This document shows, piece after piece, positions 35,411-43,031 of a stretch of DNA of 64,000 nucleotides. This DNA is from a virus, in IMG/VR virus record IMGVR_UViG_3300022561_000009. The stretch is one strand, 5' to 3'. A model generated the notes under the pieces. The model searched no databases and was not told the DNA's origin. It saw only the letters and a list, made by a program, of their open reading frames with translations. Every line of letters starts with the position of its first letter. Position 1 is the first letter of the stretch. Both the position numbers and the translations under genes were made by a program.

Positions 35411-35731
35411 ATGTCAAATGAATTCTACGACTACACCAACCAAGCTTGGGTAGTAAACGGTCACTACATCAAATGCGGTCATCCTGATTCAATGGATTGC
35501 GATTGCTACGGTAAACTACACGCCGGCGAAAAATGCACCGAGGAAACATACTTGGAAACACACCCAATTAAAGAACGCCCAGCAAAGGTATTTGAGATCC
35601 GCGGCGTTAACACTTGTAACTGCTTAGAACTTTCAGTAACAACCACAAGGAGAGAAGCAAACGAGATCGCAGAAGGCCGGCGGTCATGGGGTCATACTTC
35701 AATAACTATTGAGGAAGTCGAAAACGATTAA
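35411..35731 (+). CDS. hypothetical Cys/His-rich protein
   Basis: 106 aa. ATG 35411 follows AAAGGAG. The track ORF's N-terminal extension (from 35339) is the ribozyme, not coding. Confidence 0.6.
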   Translation: MSNEFYDYTNQAWVVNGHYIKCGHPDSMDCDCYGKLHAGEKCTEETYLETHPIKERPAKVFEIRGVNTCNCLELSVTTTRREANEIAEGRRSWGHTSITIEEVEND

Positions 35732-35749
35732 GAAAGGCGGCGCTACATT

Positions 35750-36217
35750 ATGAAATGGTTCAACGGCATTAACACGATTGAGGAATTAAAAAAAGCATTC
35801 CGCGCACTTGTAAAAAAGAATCATCCTGATGTTGGCGGCAATGAACAAGACATGAAGGACATTAACAACGAATACGAGATCATGTTTGCATACATCGAGA
35901 AGCACGGCGGCCAAAGTAAAAATCACAGTGTCAACGATGGATTCCGTGAGGCAATGGAAAAGGTAATAGACTTAGAAGGTTTAAACATTGAAATTTGTGG
36001 TAGTTGGATATGGTTAAGCGGTAACACCTACCCATACAAAGCCGTAATTCGTGAAGCCGGTTTTAGATGGGGAGCAAAGAAGAAAATGTGGTTCTGGCAT
36101 AGCGAAACCGAAACGAGCAACAACCGCAAAACAATGTCAATGGATAACATCCGATCCCTGCACGGGTCCGAAGTTATCAAGGGAACTGTAAGAACCGAAA
36201 AGAAGGCCATAGCATAA
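35750..36217 (+). CDS. J-domain (DnaJ-like) protein with GFRW-type C-terminal domain
   Basis: ELKKAFRALVKKNHPDVGGNEQDMKDINNEYEIMF carries the HPD motif. C-terminus ICGSWIWLSGNTYPYKAVIREAGFRWGAKKKMWFW. Confidence 0.8.
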   Translation: MKWFNGINTIEELKKAFRALVKKNHPDVGGNEQDMKDINNEYEIMFAYIEKHGGQSKNHSVNDGFREAMEKVIDLEGLNIEICGSWIWLSGNTYPYKAVIREAGFRWGAKKKMWFWHSETETSNNRKTMSMDNIRSLHGSEVIKGTVRTEKKAIA

Positions 36218-36218
36218 A

Positions 36219-36269
36219 GGGAGCTTATTCTCCCGTCAATGCACCTAATAAATTTAGATGTATTGACGG
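36219..36269 (+). ncRNA. conserved double stem-loop element, copy 1
   Basis: GGGAG(CUUAUU)CUCCC immediately followed by GUCAAUGCA...UGUAUUGAC long hairpin. Homologous to 36727-36784. Confidence 0.45.
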
Positions 36270-36302
36270 AGGAACAAACCACAAAGAAAGAAGGCACTTG
36301 AA

Positions 36303-36569
36303 ATGAACAAAGACACGAAGAACCTAAAACCTTTATACATCCCGCGCGAAGGTAACTGGAACTATTTCTTGGACCCTACATTTTTTAACACCGTCTTTTG
36401 TATCGCTAAACCTGGTACCGATTGCAAGTCTAGCATGTTCGGAAATGTTCAATACTTTACTAATTGGCTAAGACGCGAACTTGAAAAAGATCCAACCATT
36501 GACGGACGCTTTACCGCTTTATGTTTCGGATTGCTGGACGAAGCACAAGGAAAGGCGGCGAGAGTATGA
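36303..36569 (+). CDS. hypothetical protein
   Basis: 88 aa. RBS GAAAGAAGG. Confidence 0.6.
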   Translation: MNKDTKNLKPLYIPREGNWNYFLDPTFFNTVFCIAKPGTDCKSSMFGNVQYFTNWLRRELEKDPTIDGRFTALCFGLLDEAQGKAARV

Positions 36570-36721
36570 ACGACTACAATTACAAGGAACTAAACGCCCT
36601 CCTAGCTAAGGAGAAGCTAACACCGAAGGAGAACAAGAGAAAGCACTCACTATTAGATCAGTACGAAGAAGAACAAGCGACAAGGGATTACAAGTCATGG
36701 TGCAACAATCAGCCAATTTAA
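36566..36721 (+). CDS. hypothetical small protein, 51 aa
   Basis: ATG 36566 after AAGGAAAGG. Overlaps the upstream stop (ATGA). MNDYNYKELNALLAKEKLTPKENKRKH... Confidence 0.5.
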   Translation: MNDYNYKELNALLAKEKLTPKENKRKHSLLDQYEEEQATRDYKSWCNNQPI

Positions 36722-36726
36722 ACAGT

Positions 36727-36784
36727 GGGGATTTTTCCCCCGTCAATACGCCAACCACACAAACCCAGGCGGGCGCATTGACGG
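36727..36784 (+). ncRNA. conserved double stem-loop element, copy 2
   Basis: GGGGA(UUUU)UCCCC followed by CCGUCAAUACGCC...GGCGCAUUGACGG. Shares CCGUCAAU/AUUGACGGA with copy 1 while the distal stem differs. Confidence 0.45.
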
Positions 36785-36817
36785 AAGAGAAAGCCGAAGG
36801 AAAGAAGGAAAATTATT

Positions 36818-37315
36818 ATGAACAAAGCCGAAAACCTAAACGTACTGAAAACCCTGGAAACATTCCGCGTTAAACTTGCAACCGGAGCAATGTCAGGGGA
36901 TGCAGAATGGGCCGTAAGAATCTGCCAGGCACATATAGCAGCGGAACATTTTAACAGCCGCTCCGATTGGACCGAGCTCCTAAGAGAAGCGGCGGAACCG
37001 GTAAAGGAAATCAAACCCATTAACCCAGCCGTGAAAACCTATGAGCAATGGAGCGAAAGCCGGCAGGACCTTTCAAAGTTTTTACAAATTGGGGACCTAG
37101 TTGACGAAGAAATAGCAGAGTATTTTATAAACGTATTACCGCCCGCGTGTATGTCCGGCGGAATCGTACAAATTGGTGAACCTAGTGACCATGTAGAAGG
37201 CCACGCAACTTATGAAACACTTAAGCGAACGTCTGACGGTTGGCAGTATGCCGGAACTTGTCACAGAGGACAAACGGAACACAAAGCAGGGGAAACAATC
37301 ACCTGGAACAGCTAG
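36818..37315 (+). CDS. hypothetical protein
   Basis: 165 aa. RBS GGAAAGAAGG. Ends in TAG followed by the conserved ACCAAGCAAUGGAAUCA motif. Confidence 0.65.
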   Translation: MNKAENLNVLKTLETFRVKLATGAMSGDAEWAVRICQAHIAAEHFNSRSDWTELLREAAEPVKEIKPINPAVKTYEQWSESRQDLSKFLQIGDLVDEEIAEYFINVLPPACMSGGIVQIGEPSDHVEGHATYETLKRTSDGWQYAGTCHRGQTEHKAGETITWNS

Positions 37316-37377
37316 CACCAAGCAATGGAATCACAAAGCGAGCCGGCGCAATCCGGCGAAGGAAAGAAGGTAACAAC

Positions 37378-37845
37378 ATGACAAGAAAATTTTCACCTGC
37401 TCAAATGAAATACATGAAAGCGAAGGCCATGCACGAAACTATTGTAAACCTCGAAAAGCAATGTAAAGAAAAGGTATTAGAGCAAAACGACTTCTGGAGT
37501 GTACCTGTTGAAGGCATCGACGAGAAAACAGAACGAATTTTAAAACCTGGTTACGACTTCACAATGTCAGACAAAGATTTTATAGAGTATTGCAAACTAG
37601 CCCGCGAACAATACCAAGCCATAGGAATCGAAACGCCAGACTATAATACTAGCCCTACTTATAAATCAAGGCCGGCACTAAAGAAGGCCGAAAGAGAATT
37701 AATCGAATGGGGTTGGTTAATACTTCGATCACATCCTAAGTATTCAGCAGTAGCCGCAGGCATCGAAAACCTGAAAAAAGAAATAACCCATAATACAGAA
37801 ATACGCGAAAAGGTAATTGACTTAACTTTAAGCCTAGTAGCATAG
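37378..37845 (+). CDS. hypothetical protein
   Basis: 155 aa. ATG 37378 after GGAAAGAAGG. Ends in TAG followed by the conserved motif. Confidence 0.65.
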   Translation: MTRKFSPAQMKYMKAKAMHETIVNLEKQCKEKVLEQNDFWSVPVEGIDEKTERILKPGYDFTMSDKDFIEYCKLAREQYQAIGIETPDYNTSPTYKSRPALKKAERELIEWGWLILRSHPKYSAVAAGIENLKKEITHNTEIREKVIDLTLSLVA

Positions 37846-37948
37846 GACCAAGCAAGGGAATGACTAAAAGCAGCTTATTCCCCTGCTTTGGGATCCTGCA
37901 TCATAACAGGGTAACAAAGCGGAAGAATAAACGAAAGAAGGCCAACAC

Positions 37949-38872
37949 ATGAACATTATCAACGAGCAACTAGCCAGACGCAGTAAAGAAAATATGAGCT
38001 TTTCAGACTACACACCAGGCAGTGCAACCGCAGAGTACAATCAACTAATATCTGATGCTACCGAAAAGATTGAGGAGGCGAAGGAAAGAGTATCTGACGA
38101 AGGCAAGCAACGACTAGACACCCTGTTAGCACGTTACTCAGCTAATTATGCTAGCTGGATAAACAGACAGAACAAAAACGGCGCCGGCCATGTCAGCGTA
38201 ATGCTTGCAGGACCTAGTAACTACAACATGAGAGCCCACGAAAAATATATGAGCAGGGAATCTAAACTGTGGGCCGAGTATGACGAATTGAAAAATTATA
38301 TTGAGAATGGAATCTACAGTATAATAAATGGTGACAGAATCATAAAATCAAATGATGTTAACGCCATCGACAAACTGAAGGAGAAACTAGCCAAGCTGGA
38401 AGAAATGCAGAACCTAATGAAATCAGCTAACAAAATAGTGAAGAACAAAAAGTTTACGGATGATGTAAAAATTGAGCTACTTGTAGAAATGGGAATAAGC
38501 GAAGCGAAAGCAGCCAGCCTATTACTTCCCAGTCATTGTTGCGCATGTGGTTTCGCGTCCTACGAGCTAACAAACAACAACGCCACAATCCGAAACACCA
38601 AGCAACGTATTGCGCACCTTGAACGGCTTGCAGCGCAGGAAACGAAAGAAATCATCATTGAAACGGAATCAGATGAAAGCAACGGAATCAGGATCGTTGA
38701 CAATGTAGCGGCGTGTCGCTTACAAATATTCTTCAACGGCAAACCTTCCGCAGAAACCAGGACCGCATTAAAGAAAAATGGATTCAGATGGACACCATCA
38801 ATAAGCGCATGGCAATCATACCGGAGCGATCACGCAAACACCGCAGCGCAGGAAATAGTTAACGCCATGTAG
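37949..38872 (+). CDS. DUF3560-like protein with GFRW-type C-terminal domain
   Basis: HVSVMLAGPSNYNMRAHEKYMSRE and C-terminal RLQIFFNGKPSAETRTALKKNGFRWTPSISAWQ match my recollection of DUF3560 proteins of plasmids, ICEs and phages. Confidence 0.6.
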   Translation: MNIINEQLARRSKENMSFSDYTPGSATAEYNQLISDATEKIEEAKERVSDEGKQRLDTLLARYSANYASWINRQNKNGAGHVSVMLAGPSNYNMRAHEKYMSRESKLWAEYDELKNYIENGIYSIINGDRIIKSNDVNAIDKLKEKLAKLEEMQNLMKSANKIVKNKKFTDDVKIELLVEMGISEAKAASLLLPSHCCACGFASYELTNNNATIRNTKQRIAHLERLAAQETKEIIIETESDESNGIRIVDNVAACRLQIFFNGKPSAETRTALKKNGFRWTPSISAWQSYRSDHANTAAQEIVNAM

Positions 38873-39008
38873 AACCGAGCGGTGGAATCAGACCGACGCG
38901 CAAAAATATTAGCGGGGGAATCAATAAAGTATTTCCCCACTTCTGCGCCTAAACAAAAAAAGATTAGACGTACAAGTGAGGGAATATCATTAAGGAGGAA
39001 TCAGTGGA

Positions 39009-39899
39009 ATGACAGAAAATGAATTAATGCCTATTGAACTTTCGATCATGCCAACGAGTAAAGTCGTTGAATACTTCTTAGGCCAACAATCAGAAGGAAC
39101 CGCCAGGACATATGGCAGTGCAATTCGTGGGTTTGTCGCTTGGTCATGTAATCAGGACTACAGAACAATTACACCGTTTCAAGCAATGGATTTCAACGAG
39201 CATCTAAAAGCTACCTGTTCGCCAGCCACGGTTCAGCGTCAAATTGCAACACTCAAGATGTTTTTCAAGTTTGCACTCGAATGTGGACTGATTACAAAAA
39301 ACCCATTCGCATTAATTAAGCAACACGGAGCAGTTAGCACAGCAGGTCAAAAGTTTCTAACAGTCAAAGAAATTGACTTCTTGCTTGCAGAACTTGAGAA
39401 AGCTGGACCACGCCAGCACATTCTAGGTCTTATACTCGTTTATACAGGCATGAGAATCAGTGAAGTGGCTGGACTCTCATGGTGTGACGTAACCGAGATG
39501 CCAGGAGGCGAAATATATCTAAATATTTTACGCAAAGGTGATAAACGCCAAATGCTCTATCTTCGACCTGATGTAACAAAGGTCCTTATGGAGTACATGG
39601 ACCGGCCATTAAACCAATTAGACCACAGTCCGTTGTTCCTGAACCCGCAGGGGAATCGCGTGAGTGACGTGAGCTTGCGTACCTGGATTATAAAGGCCGG
39701 AAAAAAGGCAGGAATAAAAAAGCATTGCAACCCCCATATTTTACGGCATACGTTTGTTTCTCACTGTATTGCCAATAATGCTGATATGAGAGCAGTACAA
39801 CAGTATGTCGGACACGCGCAAATCACAACCACACAAATCTATTGGCACAGTGATAATGACAAGGTTTCCGACTTCATGCCGAATAAGATAAGTGAGTAG
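39009..39899 (+). CDS. tyrosine recombinase, XerC/D-like (second recombinase of the element)
   Basis: N-terminal SAM-like core-binding domain. Catalytic pattern GMRISE ... HILRHTF ... GHAQITTTQIYWH (R, H-x-x-R, H, Y). Confidence 0.85.
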   Translation: MTENELMPIELSIMPTSKVVEYFLGQQSEGTARTYGSAIRGFVAWSCNQDYRTITPFQAMDFNEHLKATCSPATVQRQIATLKMFFKFALECGLITKNPFALIKQHGAVSTAGQKFLTVKEIDFLLAELEKAGPRQHILGLILVYTGMRISEVAGLSWCDVTEMPGGEIYLNILRKGDKRQMLYLRPDVTKVLMEYMDRPLNQLDHSPLFLNPQGNRVSDVSLRTWIIKAGKKAGIKKHCNPHILRHTFVSHCIANNADMRAVQQYVGHAQITTTQIYWHSDNDKVSDFMPNKISE

Positions 39900-39904
39900 A
39901 TATT

Positions 39905-39934
39905 AAAAAGGCTTCCCATTTCGGAAGCCTTTTT
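39905..39934 (+). terminator. bidirectional rho-independent terminator ending the plus-strand operon
   Basis: AAAAA-GGCTTCC(catttc)GGAAGCC-TTTTT. Confidence 0.8.
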
Positions 39935-39961
39935 GTTTATCTTACCCCCAGGAAAAATAGC

Positions 39962-40120
39962 TTATTGTGGAATATAAACGCTAGCGTTTTCCTGCATCAT
40001 TCTTTCAAATATCTTAAAGCTAGAATCTTCATCGTACACATCAAATTCACTGCATAACTCTTTTTGTGGCTTATCTTTTTTAGGACAAGTCTTTACATGA
40101 ACACAGTTTTTACACAACAC
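39962..40120 (-). CDS. Cys-rich small protein, 52 aa
   Basis: Manual GTG-start ORF (M)LCKNCVHVKTCPKKDKPQKELCSEFDVYDEDSSFKIFERMMQENASVYIPQ. RBS AGGGGGA. Confidence 0.4.
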   Translation of the reverse strand: MLCKNCVHVKTCPKKDKPQKELCSEFDVYDEDSSFKIFERMMQENASVYIPQ

Positions 40121-40147
40121 ATACAATTCCCCCTAAAATTAAATAAG

Positions 40148-40195
40148 AAAAAGGACCCGCAGTGAACCGTTTATTAGACGGGGGCAGGTCCTTTT
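40148..40195 (-). terminator. bidirectional hairpin terminator after the ArpU-like gene
   Basis: AAAAA-GGACCCGC...GCAGGTCC-TTTT. Confidence 0.6.
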
Positions 40196-40284
40196 GTTGT
40201 TAAATACTTACATCTTATATGATATCATCTTGATTTCACTATAACCATATGCTTATTAGGTAAAAAACTGGTAATCAATCAATA

Positions 40285-40812
40285 TTACTTCCTAAAGTAT
40301 AAATATCGTTGAAATAATGGCCCGAGTATTTGCCACAGAATTCCTAACGCCTCTTTATTTATCTTGCGTATTCCCTCTGACATAATGTAAACCCTGCCGA
40401 CTGAATGGCGCTCATTAAACGTTATTTCTATGTTTCTCCATGACTCAGACTCAAAATACTTTGCTCTGATAACCGTTTCTTGCTCCCTAGTCAATGCCTT
40501 CAATGCAACGTCAATCTGTTCTATCTCTATCGATTTATAGCGCACCTTGGATTTATCCTCGTCAATCCATTCTTGCACCATTTCAGTAGTAACTTCCCTT
40601 TGTACCGCTATGTGTTCAGTGGGAGAGGTTGTCGTAGTCGCGTGAGGCATACCTGGTATTATGCTAACAGAGTTCTCGAACAGCCACATTTGCCCAGCTT
40701 TCAGAGCTTCTTCCCATACTTCTACTCTTTGAGAGGTTGTAATGACTTCGGCTTTGTGCTTTTTGTAAAGTTTCAAGCGTTCTTCTAGTATGTTTTGACT
40801 TTCCTTTATCAT
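40285..40812 (-). CDS. ArpU/RinA-family late transcriptional activator (sigma region-4-like)
   Basis: LKALTREQETVIRAKYFESESWRNIEITF...VGRVYIMSEGIRKINKEAL fits ArpU-family regulators. Last gene of the early/middle cluster. Confidence 0.65.
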   Translation of the reverse strand: MIKESQNILEERLKLYKKHKAEVITTSQRVEVWEEALKAGQMWLFENSVSIIPGMPHATTTTSPTEHIAVQREVTTEMVQEWIDEDKSKVRYKSIEIEQIDVALKALTREQETVIRAKYFESESWRNIEITFNERHSVGRVYIMSEGIRKINKEALGILWQILGPLFQRYLYFRK

Positions 40813-40966
40813 TGCCGTGGTGATTCACCCCTTTAATTCTTACAAATATAAGTGTCCTCGCCCTTTTGTACTCTGTAAATATTGTTTGTGTATGGGTCCA
40901 AAATCATTATGTCAGCACCGAAAATCAGTTTTACGATGTCGCTAAACTTTAGGCGTAGTTTTAAGT

Positions 40967-41242
40967 TCAATTGTTTCCCTCCCCAGTGACTGTCATTGCC
41001 ATGAAGAAAGGCTTTTGTACTGTGTAATTCTCCATTATGACACGTTGGGCATCCAATAAGTATTTACTTCCCTTATTGGGAATAAGGCAACTTGTACAGT
41101 ACATATCATCGTCGGATGCAGTTTTTTCTTTGAGATAAAAGCTCATCAGCATTTGTATATCGTTGGCTTGGCAAATCTCAATGATCTTAGTCATCAATGG
41201 AGATATTTGTTCATCATAGATTTTCTCTTTGTCGTATTTCAT
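40967..41242 (-). CDS. hypothetical protein
   Basis: 91-aa ORF tightly packed with neighbours. Confidence 0.55.
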   Translation of the reverse strand: MKYDKEKIYDEQISPLMTKIIEICQANDIQMLMSFYLKEKTASDDDMYCTSCLIPNKGSKYLLDAQRVIMENYTVQKPFFMAMTVTGEGNN

Positions 41243-41479
41243 CTAATTCTTTTCCTCCCTCAACATAAATTCGCTCAATCCTTCACAGCAATCTTTGCAT
41301 AGTTCCCATTTACCTGTAGCGGTTTTAAGGAGATGGTCGTAATCGTTAATGCCTTCCCGTTTCCTTTGAATAATAATGTCAATATTATTGATAAACTGTC
41401 TGAAATTTAGCGTAAATTTTACAACCGCCATTTCATTTTTATTAATTGGTTTATCGCATCTATCGCAACATTTAGCCAC
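41243..41479 (-). CDS. hypothetical zinc-ribbon protein
   Basis: CCDRCDKP ... CKDCCEG, two CxxC pairs. Confidence 0.55.
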   Translation of the reverse strand: MAKCCDRCDKPINKNEMAVVKFTLNFRQFINNIDIIIQRKREGINDYDHLLKTATGKWELCKDCCEGLSEFMLREEKN

Positions 41480-41480
41480 T

Positions 41481-41702
41481 TTACTTTTCCTCCCTCAGCT
41501 TCAACCCGATCCCCTTCAACAGCCTAACAATTTCCTCAATCGTCTTTCTAACGACATTTCTCATAGATGCCAGGTCATTCCAACTAAATTGTATTAGCTC
41601 ACCTACAGTCTCTATTCCAGCTCTTCTCAAACAGTGAAATGTTCTTTCCGTTGGGTTTAGCTCTTTTATTGTTAAGGCTTTTAGGATTTTTAGTTTAGAC
41701 AT
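41481..41702 (-). CDS. free-standing RNA polymerase alpha-subunit C-terminal-domain (alpha-CTD) homologue
   Basis: IKELNPTERTFHCLRRAGIETVGELIQFSWNDLASMRNVVRKTIEEIVRLLKGIGLKL aligns residue-for-residue with the RpoA alpha-CTD HhH pattern (L.vRs.NCLk.agI..igdLv..te.eLl...NlGkKSl.EI...L...GL.L). Confidence 0.75.
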   Translation of the reverse strand: MSKLKILKALTIKELNPTERTFHCLRRAGIETVGELIQFSWNDLASMRNVVRKTIEEIVRLLKGIGLKLREEK

Positions 41703-41847
41703 ATTGTTCCCCCTCTATCACCCGTTGGTGCTTACTGCATCCATATAAGCAACACATTTTGCAATCCTTAGGGCGTTCCTGACATGCTATACATTTGCAC
41801 TTTCCTAGCTCGTGGCACATTTCAACCTCTACGCATAATTTACTCAT
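41695..41847 (-). CDS. Cys-rich small protein, 50 aa
   Basis: Manual ORF MSKLCVEVEMCHELGKCKCIACQERPKDCKMCCLYGCSKHQRVIEGEQYV. RBS GAGGGGGAAAC. Overlaps the alpha-CTD gene start. Confidence 0.5.
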   Translation of the reverse strand: MSKLCVEVEMCHELGKCKCIACQERPKDCKMCCLYGCSKHQRVIEGEQYV

Positions 41848-41981
41848 GTTTCCCCCTCATTCCCCAGCAATAACTCAGCAAGTTTTTTCCGAATAACCCT
41901 ATCCTCATAGTTAGAAACTATGTCCTTAAGAATTTCGTTTTCTGCTCGAAGGGATTTGTTTTCTTTTTCAAGTCCCTTCAT
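41844..41981 (-). CDS. small coiled-coil protein, 45 aa
   Basis: Manual ORF MKGLEKENKSLRAENEILKDIVSNYEDRVIRKKLAELLLGNEGET. Weak RBS. ATGA overlap with the next ORF. Confidence 0.35.
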   Translation of the reverse strand: MKGLEKENKSLRAENEILKDIVSNYEDRVIRKKLAELLLGNEGET

Positions 41982-42006
41982 TCGTCCATTAACGCATCGC
42001 CCTTCG

Positions 42007-42153
42007 TTAAACAATCTTGTTACCCCCTCTTACCCATATCGCCAAGACTACAGCAAATATAGAATCTGCTACGTTATTTTGAGCGAACAATACAAGAGCA
42101 ATTCCCACTAAGGATATGCTCAGTGAATCAATGATAATGTTTAGTAATTTCAT
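42007..42153 (-). CDS. small membrane protein, 48 aa
   Basis: Manual ORF MKLLNIIIDSLSISLVGIALVLFAQNNVADSIFAVVLAIWVRGGNKIV. ATGA overlap with the upstream gene. Confidence 0.45.
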   Translation of the reverse strand: MKLLNIIIDSLSISLVGIALVLFAQNNVADSIFAVVLAIWVRGGNKIV

Positions 42154-42506
42154 CCCCACACCACTTTCTTTTTAATATTCAGTTTTTCCAGCCACTTATA
42201 AAACTGTGGCTTTCCTATTCCCAGCCTATCTGCTGTAGCGACCACGCTTGCTCCGTTATTTAGCATCTTGAGGATTACTTCTTTTGCCGATGACTCATAT
42301 TCTTGTTCGACGTATGCCATCTTTGGAGATTTTGTTTGTAGACAAATATTGGAACAAAATCCGCGATTTCTTATTCTCCTGCCATCTTTACCGATAACAT
42401 TATTTAGAGTTTTTCCGCAGTTTAGACAAGTTGTGGTTTCTTTCATCATCTTTTGGATTTCAGGAGGATAATGAGCATCGTTGGAATAGTTTGGAGTTCT
42501 CTTCAC
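42150..42506 (-). CDS. zinc-ribbon plus HTH DNA-binding protein
   Basis: CLNCGK...CSNIC and ASVVATADRLGIGKPQFYKWLEKL (HTH). Confidence 0.55.
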   Translation of the reverse strand: MKRTPNYSNDAHYPPEIQKMMKETTTCLNCGKTLNNVIGKDGRRIRNRGFCSNICLQTKSPKMAYVEQEYESSAKEVILKMLNNGASVVATADRLGIGKPQFYKWLEKLNIKKKVVWG

Positions 42507-42593
42507 TCTTTTTCTTCCTTCTTCCCATCAGCATCAACCTTTGGAGCAGTTAAATAATACATCCAAAGAAATCTAATTCGCTCAAGGTCGCGC

Positions 42594-42884
42594 TCAGTCT
42601 GTTCCTTTTCTGTCAATGTTCTGCCCCTCATTCCACTCTATTAGTTTTTGCGCGAATCGTTCTATCGCGCTTACTAATGATTTGATACCGTCACTGTTTG
42701 CAAATACAATGTTAATTCCTTTTCCGACTTCCTCTTCTTCATCTACTGATTCCCCTATTTCACGGCATCCGTCTAACTGATTAAATGAAATTCCTACCGG
42801 CCTTTCCTCGTCAAAGGCTATTCCGACCCCTACGTCACCCTCGCCTAGCCATATATTAGTCTGTTTATCATTAACTCTTATCAC
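42594..42884 (-). CDS. hypothetical acidic protein
   Basis: 96 aa. GTG start 8 nt after AGGGGG. Confidence 0.5.
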   Translation of the reverse strand: MIRVNDKQTNIWLGEGDVGVGIAFDEERPVGISFNQLDGCREIGESVDEEEEVGKGINIVFANSDGIKSLVSAIERFAQKLIEWNEGQNIDRKGTD

Positions 42885-42899
42885 TTGTTCTGCCCCCTA

Positions 42900-43031
42900 T
42901 CAATTATTAATCCTTATCCATAACCCGGCTAACCATTTCTCCCTAGCTGCGCATATATCCAACGATTCACATTTTCTGCATTGTTCTTCTCCGTTAAGGT
43001 ATTGAGCAAGGGTTATTGCGCATTTCTTCAT
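42900..43031 (-). CDS. small Cys-containing protein, 43 aa
   Basis: Manual ORF MKKCAITLAQYLNGEEQCRKCESLDICAAREKWLAGLWIRINN. ATGA overlap with the MazG-like gene. Confidence 0.4.
   Translation of the reverse strand: MKKCAITLAQYLNGEEQCRKCESLDICAAREKWLAGLWIRINN

Noticed and set aside
36219-36784. CCGTCAAT...ATTGACGG inverted repeats plus a terminal tyrosine recombinase; considered as integron attC sites / gene cassettes.
   Set aside because: The repeats lack the RYYYAAC/GTTRRRY attC core, occur in only two spacers, and the recombinase is co-oriented at the 3' end rather than divergent with an attI.
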